Assembly (NCBI RefSeq): GCF_046119375.1
Contig: NW_027362763.1
Coordinates: forward strand, 189,038,001 to 189,102,000
From: Phyllobates terribilis
Taxonomy: Eukaryota
Length of the DNA: 64,000 bases
Direction of reading: 5' to 3'
Made by a program: the position numbers and the translations under genes. A model generated the notes under the pieces. That model worked only from the letters and a program-made list of their open reading frames with translations, did no database searches and had not been told where the DNA came from. Positions 24,022 through 34,661 of the stretch are shown here, in pieces; the first letter of the stretch is position 1; every line of letters starts with the position of its first letter.

Positions 24022-25615
24022 CAGTGCCTACAAGTAGTATTCAACCCCCTGCAGATTTAGCTTGTTTGATAAGATGCAAATAAGTTAGAGCCTTCAAACT
24101 GCAAACGAGAGTAGGTTTTATGAACAGAAGCATAAATCTTACAAACCAAGAAGTTATGTTGCTCAGTTGAATTTTATTAAATTTTAAACATAAAAGTGTG
24201 GGTCAATTATTATTCAACCCCTATGTTTAATATTTTGTGGAATAACCCTTGTTTGCAATTACAGCTAATAATCGTCTTTTATAAGACCTGTTCAGGCCGG
24301 CACAGGTCTGTGGAGTTATCTTGGCCCACTCCTCCATGCAGATCTTCTCCAAGTTATATAGGTTCTTTGGGTGTCTCATGTGGACTTTATTCTTGAGCTC
24401 CTTCCACAAGTTTTCAATTGGGTTAAGGTCAGGAGACTGACTAGGCCACTCCAACACCTTGACTTTTTCCCTCTTGAACCAGGCCTTGGTTTTCTTGGCT
24501 GTGTGCTTTGGGTCGTTGTCTTGTTGGAAGATGAAATTACGACCCATCTTAAGATCCTTGATGGAGGAGCGGAGGTTCTTGGCCAAAATCTCCAGGTAGG
24601 CCGTGCTATCCATCTTCCCATGGATGCGGACCAGATGGCCAGGCCCCTTGACTGAGAAACAGCCCCACAGCATGATGCTGCCACCACCATGCTTGACTGT
24701 AGGGATGGTATTCTTGGGGTCGTATGCAGTGCCATCCAGTCTCCAAACGTCACGTGTGTGGTTGGCACCAAAGATCTCGATCTTGGTCTCATCAGACCAT
24801 AGAACCTTGAACCAGTCTGTCTCAGAGTCCTCCAAGTGATCATGAGCAAACTGTAGACGAGCCTTGACATGACGCTTTGAAAGTAAAGGTACCTTACGGG
24901 CTCGTCTGGAAGGAAGACCATTGCGGTGGAGTACGTTACTTATGGTATTGACTGAAACCAATGTCCCCACTGCCATGAGATCTTCCCGGAGCTCCTTCAT
25001 TGTTGTCCTTGGGTTAGCCTTGACTCTTCGGACAAGCCTGGCCTCGGCACGGGAGGACACTTTCAAAGGCTGGCCAGGCCGTGGAAGGCTAACAGTAGTT
25101 CCATAAGCCTTCCACTTACGGATGATGCTCCCAACAGTGGAGACAGGTAGGTCCAACTCCTTGGAAAGGGTTTTGTACCCCTTGCCAGCCTTGTGACCCT
25201 CCACGATCTTATCTCTGATGGCCTTGGAATGCTCCTTTGTCATTCCCATGTTGACCATGTCTGAGTGCTGTTCACAAGTTTGGGGAGGGTCTTAAATAGT
25301 CAGAAAAGGCTGGCAAAAGAGATCTTTAATCCACACATGTGAAGCTCATTATTCTTGGTGCCTGAACTACTTTTTAATACTTTAAGGGGACCAAACAGAA
25401 TTCTTGTGGTTTGAGGGGTTGAATAATAAATGACACTCTGAATTAACTTTTAACGTTTTAAAAACAAAACAAAAAAAAAAACAAAAACAAAATTTGCTGC
25501 AGTGCATTTCCCACTTCCAGGCTGATCTACAGTACAAATGTCACAATGCCAAGTTAATTCCGCATGTGTCAACCAGCTAAATCTGCAGGGGGTTGAATAC
25601 TACTTGTAGGCACTG
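24022..25615 (-). mobile_element. Full-length Tc1 transposon (IR/DR type) with intact ORF
   Basis: TA TSDs; 41-bp perfect TIRs CAGTGCCTACAAGTAGTATTCAACCCCCTGCAGATTTAGCT; inner TATTCAACCCC repeats at ~24210 and ~25415-25425. Confidence 0.95.
24227..25258 (-). CDS. Tc1 DD34E transposase, uninterrupted (340-343 aa)
   Basis: Paired-like HTH N-terminus, WSDETK (D), FQQDNDPKH (D) and SPDLNPIE (E), with exactly 34 residues between the second D and E; canonical C-terminus GYSTKY. Confidence 0.93.
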   Translation of the reverse strand: MVNMGMTKEHSKAIRDKIVEGHKAGKGYKTLSKELDLPVSTVGSIIRKWKAYGTTVSLPRPGQPLKVSSRAEARLVRRVKANPRTTMKELREDLMAVGTLVSVNTISNVLHRNGLPSRRARKVPLLSKRHVKARLQFAHDHLEDSETDWFKVLWSDETKIEIFGANHTRDVWRLDGTAYDPKNTIPTVKHGGGSIMLWGCFSVKGPGHLVRIHGKMDSTAYLEILAKNLRSSIKDLKMGRNFIFQQDNDPKHTAKKTKAWFKREKVKVLEWPSQSPDLNPIENLWKELKNKVHMRHPKNLYNLEKICMEEWAKITPQTCAGLNRSYKRRLLAVIANKGYSTKY

Positions 25616-25785
25616 TACATCTCCGGTACGGGTGTTTCTGGTACTGGAAATATCCAGACGTGTGAAATCGCCCTAACTCTCTGTCTTCGATGTCTCCTCT
25701 CCTTGCCGTTCAGATGTCCTTGCATTAGTGAGTTTATCACTTAGTAGTTGGTGGGGCCGGAGTGTCTGTGCATTGCATATACTTA

Positions 25786-27372
25786 CAGTAGTGTTCAAAA
25801 TAATAGCAGTCCAATATGACTGACCAGATTAATCACTGTTTCTGGTATAAATTATATTACCACATGTCAAACAATTTACCAGTTGGTGCAGTAGATTCTA
25901 AGAAAACCAACAGACTCTGCATTCATGATCTGCATGTTTTTGAGTCTGTGTAGTTGAATAATTAATTGAAAGGGGGGGGTGTTCAAAATAATAGCAGTGT
26001 GGAGTTCAATTAGTGAGGTCAATCATTCTATAAAGAAAGAGGTGTGAATCAGGTGGCCCTTACTTAAGGGTGAAGCCAGCACATGTTGTACATACATTTC
26101 TCCTTGAAAACCTGAGAAATATGGGTCGTTCAAAACACTGTTCAGAAGAAAAGCGTACTTTGATTAAAAAGTTGATTGGAGAGGGTAAAACTTATAAAGA
26201 AGTGCAAGCAATGATAGGCTGTTTAGCTAAAATGATCTCAATTCTTTAAAATGGAAAGCAAAACCAGAGAGACGTTGAAGAACACGGAAGACTACCATCT
26301 GAATGGATGGAAGAATAGCCAGAATGGCAAAGGCTCAGCCAATGATCAGCTCCAGGATGATCAAAGACAGTCTCAAGCTACCTGTGAGTACTGTGACAGA
26401 AGACGCCGGTGTAAAGCTAATCTCTTAGCAAGAAGTCCCTGCAAAGTCCCACTGTTAAAAAAAGACATGTACTGAAGCGGATACAATTTGCCAAAGAACA
26501 CATCAACTGGCCTAAAGAGAAATGGAGAAACACTTTGTGGACTGATGAAAATAAAATTCTTTTTGGGTTCAAGGACCGCATACAGTTCGTCAGACGACCC
26601 CCAAACTCTGCATTCAAGCCACAGTACACTCTGAAGACAGTGAAGCACGGTGGTGCAAGCATCTTGATATGGGCATGTCTCTCTTACTATGGTGCCAGAC
26701 CTATTTACCGCATACCATGGACCAGTTTGCATATATTAAAATACTTTGAAGAGGTCATGTTGCCTTACGCTGAAGAGGATATGCCCTTGAAATGGATGTT
26801 TCAACAAGACAACGACCCTAAACACACCAGTAGATGAGCAAAATCTTGGTTCCAGGTCAACAAAATTGAGGTTATGGAGTGGCCAGCCCAATCCCGGATG
26901 TTAATCCGGGCGCCTTGTAGGGCGACATCAAAAATGCTGTTACTGAGGCAAAGCCAACAAATGCCAAACAATTGTGGAATGTAGTCAAAGCATCCTGGGC
27001 TGGAATAACAGTTGACAGGTGCCATAAGTAGGTTGACACTATGCAACATAGCTGTGAAGCAGTTCTAAAAAACTGTGGGTATCCAACTAAATATTAGGTT
27101 AGTGATTCACAGGAACGCTAAATCCTCAAAAAAAGTAGTACATATTGTGAGTTTGTAAAAGACAAATGCAGACACTGCTACTTTTTAGAACAGAACAGCC
27201 CAATGTTCATTTTTTTTCTGTAAAGTAGTTACAAATTATATACATTTCTCTTCATGTTTTGAATTAGAAAACAGTGTGCAATGTTCCCAATGCATGGAAA
27301 TAAAAACTGGTATAAAGATTTTGTGCTTAGCTCATGGTTTTGAACACACTGCTATTATTTTAAACACTACTG
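25786..27372 (+). mobile_element. Degenerate Tc1 (copy B, same family as copy A, opposite orientation)
   Basis: TIR CAGTAGTGTTCAAAATAATAGCAGT at both ends; fragments [19 protein letters not shown] (26535-26837); multiple frameshifts and stops. Confidence 0.9.
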
Positions 27373-29268
27373 TCCACATTTAATTAATTCTTCTCTTTTC
27401 TTGAAATGTAGTCTTTCCTGGGATTCAAAATTTCTGTACTTGAATGTACAATGTATTCTTCTTCATTACAGGCACATTGTACTAACACAGAGCCACAGTT
27501 TGGGGGTGGGGGGTGCTGGCATATGATTGGTGCAACCTGTCTAGCCACACAGGGGTCCAAGAGGTAAAGGGCCCCACTTCCACCTCCAAAACTGTTTTAA
27601 TTATGCATTGTTCTTGCATAGGGGCCCTGTTCTGTTTGTGTTCGGATAGATTCCACTAAATATCACAGAAAAAAAGGCAGCCATATTTACACCAGGTCAC
27701 AATACTAATGCACTACAGGATGCAGCAGTCCCCATGATAAAGGCGGTGGCAGCACAGGTGGCAAAATACTGATGAGCCCTATATACCACTGCATTTCTAT
27801 ATACCTGTGTTCTAGGAGTAAAATAAAAGTCAGATTTTTTTTTTCTTTTTTTCTTACAATAAAATTACTAAAAAAAAATAAAAATAATGAAAAATAACTG
27901 ACTTTTTAATGCACTTAAAATAAAATGTCAAAAATCAGCAAATTAGACAAATCCCTGTAATAGACTTATTCAAATATATCATATGTATGTCATCTCGTAA
28001 ATTGTCTGGTTCCATTCACGATTTGATAGGATAATCATACACACCTAAACACAATGTTTCTTCTATTCCTTTTTTTTTTTTTGCCTAGACCAATTAAATA
28101 TAATTATCTTTGATCTAACAGATATAGTTAGAACATGCCAAAGTGTATTACAGTGAAACTGGAGTCAAACTCTTATTCTAATTATGTGTCTCCATCATAA
28201 TGTATAATATACTATCAGTCATCCCATGGGGCGCGCCAATGGGGGAATGGAATGACACGCCCCCCATTCCACTGTCAGAGCAGCAGTTAACAAGTTAACA
28301 GCCACAGGCAGAGCTCCACTTCACCCAGTGGCTGTTAGAGGCAGATGATGGTTGAATAAATCAGCCATCATCTGCCGGGAGCTGAAGTACGTGTTCAACA
28401 TGGCTGGCCAAAAAGATTTTTAGACATTCAAATAAAAATGTATATGATACAAATGTATATATATCTGCAAAGCCTCGTGTCGCAGTTGCCGAGGCAAAGC
28501 CTCTATCACCCTCACAATTCAGACCCAAAGGCTTGAAAACAAGTAAAACTCTCATCCCATGTAAACAAAAGACCACCCAGTAATAATCTGGAAATATTCA
28601 GCCACAATATGATACAAAATTGTATTTATTTGTAAATGAAAAACAAAATAAATTTACATATTTTAACTGACATGGGGGTAATAACAGAATTTAGTTTTAT
28701 TCATCACAGTATTTTAACACTGATGAAAAAAATGGTGTCACTTAAAATGCCTGGAAACGACTGATCTGTATTTCTGATTGAAATGAAAAATAATACATTT
28801 GGAAACATTTGTATGAAGGACGAATGACTGAGAATTCTTATAGGAAAGATTCCTAAACAGCTCAATCAAAATGCACACTAGCAATACCAACAGGACCTCT
28901 GGTATGACTGCGACTCACCCTCCAGAGCTGAAATCTCCCATCCTACGCCCATCATAGTCATCACGTGACTTACAGAAGAGAGCAGGAAAGTGGAGGAAGT
29001 ATTAACTTACAGGAACGAAAATAATTTAGTTACGTACTCATACTGCAAATCTGACCAACATCTTACATCAAGATCTGCAGAAAATTGCTTTTCTGTTTCG
29101 GATGTGCTGCTCTTCCTGGAAATGTTCTTTTAAGAGTTGCCGAAACGCCATTCACATGCTTGGGATGGTTAAAAGGTATCTGTACCCTCCCCCCGACCAC
29201 CCACTATCATAGATAGGACCTCTCTTACTCATAAACCATGTCTTGTATCGCAGATCACCCGCACTTAA

Positions 29269-29663
29269 AGAGGCTGCCCAATACTTTTACATTGATAATC
29301 TATCCTTAGGATAGGTCACCAATGTCTGATCGGCCAGGGCCTGACACCCGGCACCCCCACCGATCAGCTGTTATCAGTGTCAGGGGCCGGAAGTATTCAC
29401 TTGCCCGAGATGCTCCATCTACTTGTAGAAGTTTCCGCAGGGCACTGCACATCCACCTCCTATTCAAATCAATTGGAGGCAGAAGTTTAGTACCCTGCGG
29501 CAGCAACAATAGACTGAGCAGCTCGGCAAGGGAATACCTCCGGCTAGCGGCCACCTATAACAGCTGATCGGCGGGGGTGCCGGGTGTCAGGCTCTGGCCG
29601 ATCAGACATTAATGACCTATCCCTAAGGATAGGCCATCAATGTAAAAGTAGTGGACAACCTCT
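29269..29663. mobile_element. T2/Kolobok-like MITE with long TIRs
   Basis: TTAA|AGAGGCTGCCC...GGACAACCTCT|TTAA; about 110 bp of imperfect inverted arms. Confidence 0.85.
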
Positions 29664-30913
29664 TTAAGTGAATGCAGCTAGGGTGTAATGCCACATATAC
29701 CCCATGGACATGAGAAACGATTTTTCTGGAAACAATCACCCCCATTAATCCTTTCACACTGACAGATCAAAAATGTCTAGAAGGCATTTCAAAGAGCCCA
29801 TAATCCACTATATTAAGTGAAACTAACAGCAAACATGGCCTATTAAATGAATAAATGACTAGCTGTGCAAAAAGGAAGTACACCTCATTGTTCAGCAATT
29901 GTCCACTGTACTAGAATGTGTAGAAACCAAGGTTAGATCCTTTCTTAAATCCCAACTAGTCGCTTATACACAGGATCTCTGCACCAATAAAAAAAATAGC
30001 AACTGTGGATTGCAGTAGAGGACATACAAAGCTAAAACTTTGTAATATCCATGAGAGACCAGAGCCCTCAGCAGAAGCTCCAGAGAAAACACCATTTAGT
30101 AGGCAACATCTTTAAATATGGCATTTGGTCTCAAAGCTGAGTGCCAGCTATCAAGGTTTCCTGTGTGGCGCCATGTGGTGCTGTGCAATAGCACCGTAAT
30201 ATGGCACTCAATGGAGCATTTTTTTTTTTTTGTACTTAAAAAGAAAAAAAAAAAAAAAAACTTAAATGGGGCTAACTCATCCCAGAAAACTATGGGATTG
30301 TGAACTGGGCCACCTGAGCTTAAGAGGAATATTAAGCTTGGATCAGTATTAAGCTCTTGGATAAGTCACGATATTGATCATAGAACGTGTTATGTGCCCT
30401 TGAATAAAGATTACAATTATCCCAATTTCAGAAAACCACAAATGCGCAGCATTACAGGCTCGACCACACATCTAATGACCCAAAACCAACATCTTTATAG
30501 CGCTTTACATGGCAGTCACAGTCCATTAGACCCACATTCGAGCAGGTAAAGGTAGGGAGCTAAATTTCAGATGTGAACAGGAAAGCGTTTTTAATCCAGT
30601 ACAGTCCAGACATTGACAGTTCAGCACAAAGCTTCATAGCGACAGATAATCAACTTTATATAAAACCACATTGCCAAATGTCAGACATATTGAAGTAAAT
30701 GAATTTCAATGTTTTCTATAAAAACAGGTTTATATGAATGCATCCCGCTAGGTTATGCTGCACAGCAAAGAAAAAAAAGGGTAAGGAATGTCATTTCAAG
30801 TGCGATAACTACATAGCGACTTTAGGGATGCGTTGAGTTGTGTAAGTAGGGGTGGGGCGCGTATATATTAAAAACATGGCTGCCCTCCTCTACACATTAT
30901 CACTGCCATTTAA

Positions 30914-31295
30914 AAGGAATCGGTCACCAGGTTTTTGCTACTTCATTTGAGAGCAGCATAATGTAGGGAAAGAAACCCTGATTCCAGTTTACTGGGTGCA
31001 GCAGTTGTGATACAATGAGTTTTTAGTTGTAGCATGTAGCAGAGCTCAGAAAGCTGCCCCCGCCCACACCAGGCTCTGTATGTACATTGTATAGAGACAG
31101 TGAGCTGCTAATCAGTGCTGGGGGCGGAGCAGGAGCAGGGCTCACATGGGCCGGCAGTGATAATCTCCAGCTGATAAAACTCTCATTGTATTGAAACAGC
31201 AAAACACAGCCCAATAAGTGACACATCGCTGATATCAGTGTCTCAGCCCCCAATTCATGCTGCCCTCAGATTACATTAGTCAAAGTGAATGTGAC
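30914..31295. mobile_element. Kolobok-like MITE remnant
   Basis: TTAA|AAGGAATCGGTCACC left end and inverted internal arms; right end eroded. Confidence 0.45.
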
Positions 31296-32345
31296 AGAGC
31301 TGCAATACCAGACACAACCAAATGGACAAACTCCACCAAAATAATTCGGCTTTAATCCTATGCAAAAGCTGCAGTCCCATTCATTTCAATGGGAGACTTG
31401 AACCATTTATCTAATTTGTGAGTTACGGACTCTCCATAGTAAGATAAATTTTGAGAATGGAGGGGGCGAGGATTTAATGTGTGTCTCTGTATACATGTAG
31501 CCTAATGGTAGGACAGTGTCATTTTATTTTGGTTGACAGGTGTTTTTAACCGTAAAGTTTATATTTTACACACATTTGCATTTCTTCCAATAATGTCAGA
31601 TTACAGAAATTTTACTGTATTAATGTATACTCCATCATTGTGATATCTTATTATAGTCAACACCCAATATTTTTTTAAATAAAAAAATAGGCATGGTGTA
31701 AATATTTTACATAAACACCCATTTTATCCTGCTCCTATCAACCAAGAAAACGAGGGTCATGGGTGGGACAGTTAGTGCAATCTGAGGCTGCCTCCAGTAT
31801 TACTGGCATTTAATAGCGCGCAGAGACAAATGGAGAATCTACAATTGGTCAGAGAATCAACATATCAAATACATAAAACCAGGTCGTATATGAAACATAA
31901 CATGCTCTGATGCTGTTGCAAAGCAAAAAAAATAAAATAAAGATGCAATAAATAAGAGTCACTGATGAAATTACCATTGAAGTTCCAAATGAACTTATCA
32001 ATTATGTAACATTAAAGTTAAAAAAATTTACAAAATTGGCTGTGACTTCCAAAAAGAAAAAAAAATAGTTGGGAGCTGCTGACATCAGACGAGGCAGATT
32101 TTTCCAGTACAGTTGAAGAAAGACAGTTTGCGAAATTCAGGACCTGCCTTCATGGTTCCTTCATAACCATAGAACTAGAGGCCTCTCTGAACCACTGTAC
32201 GTCACCAATATTGGCCATTCCCAAAAATATGCAATAAGGATGAAACAAAACTAGAAAAAATGGCAGAAAAAAAAAAAAATCTTATGAGGAGTGACAAAGT
32301 AGGAGAAGGTGAAGATGAGGGAAGGAAATATATATATGAAGTTGG

Positions 32346-32507
32346 TCAATTTCTTTCTTGCACAAACACAGTCTCTTGAGGACACAAGCCGGCATCTTGT
32401 AATGTGATATCATAGTCCAAGTGTGACAACTTCCGTCGTGGAAAGTTTGTTAGGAGCTCAAACCTCTCATTTGGATATCCATTCTGCTGTACATGCTTAA
32501 CCAGAGC
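32346..32507 (-). CDS. UBXN7: UBXN7 last coding exon (11), UBX C-terminus
   Basis: ctcgcag|ALVKHVQQNGYPNERFELLTNFPRRKLSHLDYDITLQDAGLCPQETVFVQERN*; 162 nt, phase 0. Confidence 0.97.
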   Translation of the reverse strand, partial: ALVKHVQQNGYPNERFELLTNFPRRKLSHLDYDITLQDAGLCPQETVFVQERN

Positions 32508-32791
32508 CTGCGAGACAAGGGAAAAGACACGAAGGATCACTACAACTTCTGTCTATGTAACCCAAATAGTCACATCCCTAAGAGGTAGAGACCATACTGA
32601 CATTTCTATCAGGTTACCCACCAAATCACCCAGGTTTATTACGTTTGGGCTCCAATCTTATCAAAAGCAAAATAAAAAAATAGATTGACAAACTGCGAGC
32701 ATCTGCAATGCATACTGCATATAGTATTATTATACATGAGCTTGTGACCTCAAAACAAGAGGCACCATTAGACATTACACTGAGAACTTAA

Positions 32792-33351
32792 AGGGGTTGT
32801 CCACTACTTTATATTTCCCCACCCAAGTACCCCCCCCCCCTCCCGGGGCCCCTAAGACTTCTTGTAAATACCTTCTGTTGCTGATAATGCCTGTGAGTGG
32901 CGCTATCACTGGCCGCTCACAGGCATCACGTGACCCCGGCTCTGACATCCGCTGTCACGACAAGTGCTGGCAGCAGCCGGGGGTCAAGATCTTCCTGGTT
33001 CCACGGTGGATGCCAGGCTGTGGGAGGGGTTACCCCCCTCCCCCCCCCGCGTCACACCCGGCATCCACCACGCGCTCTGCCTCTCCCCATTCATTGGGAA
33101 AGCGCGCGGTGGGTGCTGGGTGTGACGCGGGGGGTAACCCCGCCCACAACCCAGCAGCCACCGCGGGGAGCCCAGCACTGAGTCACGCCTCACTTGTCGT
33201 GACGTCAGCGCGGGGTCACGTGATGCCTGTGAGCGGCCACCGATAGCGCCGCTCACAGGCATTATCAGCAACAGAAGGTATTTGCAATAAGTCTTAAGGG
33301 CCCCGGGGGGATACATTGGGGGGGGCGGGAAAAAAGTAGTGGACAACTTCT
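32792..33351. mobile_element. T2/Kolobok-like palindromic MITE (UBXN7 intron 10)
   Basis: TTAA|AGGGGTTGTCCACTACTTT...AAAGTAGTGGACAACTTCT|TTAA; nearly fully self-complementary. Confidence 0.88.
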
Positions 33352-34061
33352 TTAATCCATGTGCACACCTGCTGATGTTGTACAGCCTGGCAGGGATTAG
33401 TAGACATGACATCTAGTGGCGTAGTGTGGCCAGGCAACACAAGAATTTTTCACCCATGGAACGTTTGTATACCCCCCACTCGCTTCCACCAGCCCAATAT
33501 AGAAACCCCTTATCCCCCTCAACCACAGGTATTGTACTTCAAGGAGAATATTGCTATAATTACAGTGTGCCCTTTGACCCTAGTTATTTTCTACCTTTTG
33601 CAGAATACTGACAAATGTAAAAAAAAAAATTATACATTGTTGTGTGTCCTAGCTCGGTCCCAAGTGAGCGGATGAGCTGTGGGAAATGGGAAAGTGCAGT
33701 GCAGCCTTTGCATATGCAGCGACCGAGGTGCAGAGCGCAGCAGTCAAGATGAGGGTTGTTTTTTATAAGCTGCACCACTTTCCAAAGGTAGTGAAGGGCG
33801 ACAAAATTCATTTCATCAGACTAAGAGATTAGTGATTTTGGTCACTGCTGAGCACACTCATCTTGACAGCTAAACCTGCAGCACTGACCGATATGTCAGA
33901 ACAGCGACTAACTGCTTCAGTCATCTAGCTCGGTGGCCGTTGAGCAGCATTTGGTGAATAGGGTAAAATTTTGCACCTCCAAAGAATTGGCACCCAGGGC
34001 AACTGCCTGTGTCTTTCACCCAGCCTTGTGACATCACCAGCCCTGCTCATACCATACATAC

Positions 34062-34141
34062 CATCAACTTGGCCTTTTCTGGTAGTGAGATCTGTTCCCT
34101 TTTACCATCTGGGTATCGCAACATGAGTTTCGCTTTGGGAC
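34062..34141 (-). CDS. UBXN7: UBXN7 exon 10
   Basis: ttccag|GT PKAKLMLRYPDGKREQISLPEKAKLM|gtatgt; 80 nt; not in the ORF track. Confidence 0.96.
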
Positions 34142-34661
34142 CTGGAAGATCAAAAAACAAACACAGGAAATGACAAGATGGACTGGAGAGCAGTAATTAG
34201 TAATCAGCTCTCTATAAGCCATTACTGGACAAACACATCATCATCTGTGTATGAGTACGGATAATAATTCAATGTTGGGCTGAGTAACCCTGGAGTAGCT
34301 GGGAAATACAGCCCTATAGTAATGCCTGCTCACCATCAGTGCATAAGCCACAGAAAGGCCCTATTCACATTGCATTTGGGAAACTCTTTAACGTATACAT
34401 AGACATGTATCTCTCAGGAATAGATTGGCGAACATTGCCCATAGATTACTATGGTACAGAAAAAAACTAAATAATAATTGTACATTGTGATTTTTGCCTG
34501 TATAGCAGATGGTAGAGGCCACATACATACTGGTGAATGCTAAAAGGGACAGACATCTGTATAGACCACAGTAGGTTATGGACAATGTCTGACATGCGCA
34601 GGACCACAGCCGTCATAAATACATGGTCTGCTATCTACATATTTCCATTTTCAAACTTTAC

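Larger units (their letters stand above)
23366..25673. mobile_element. PIF/Harbinger-type MITE hosting the intact Tc1
   Basis: TAA|GGGCTCTTTCACA ... TGTGAAATCGCCC|TAA, i.e. a 3-bp TAA TSD. Confidence 0.7.

Noticed and set aside
24376-24921. 181-aa alternate-frame ORF within the intact Tc1
   Set aside because: Shadow frame of the transposase; no independent support.
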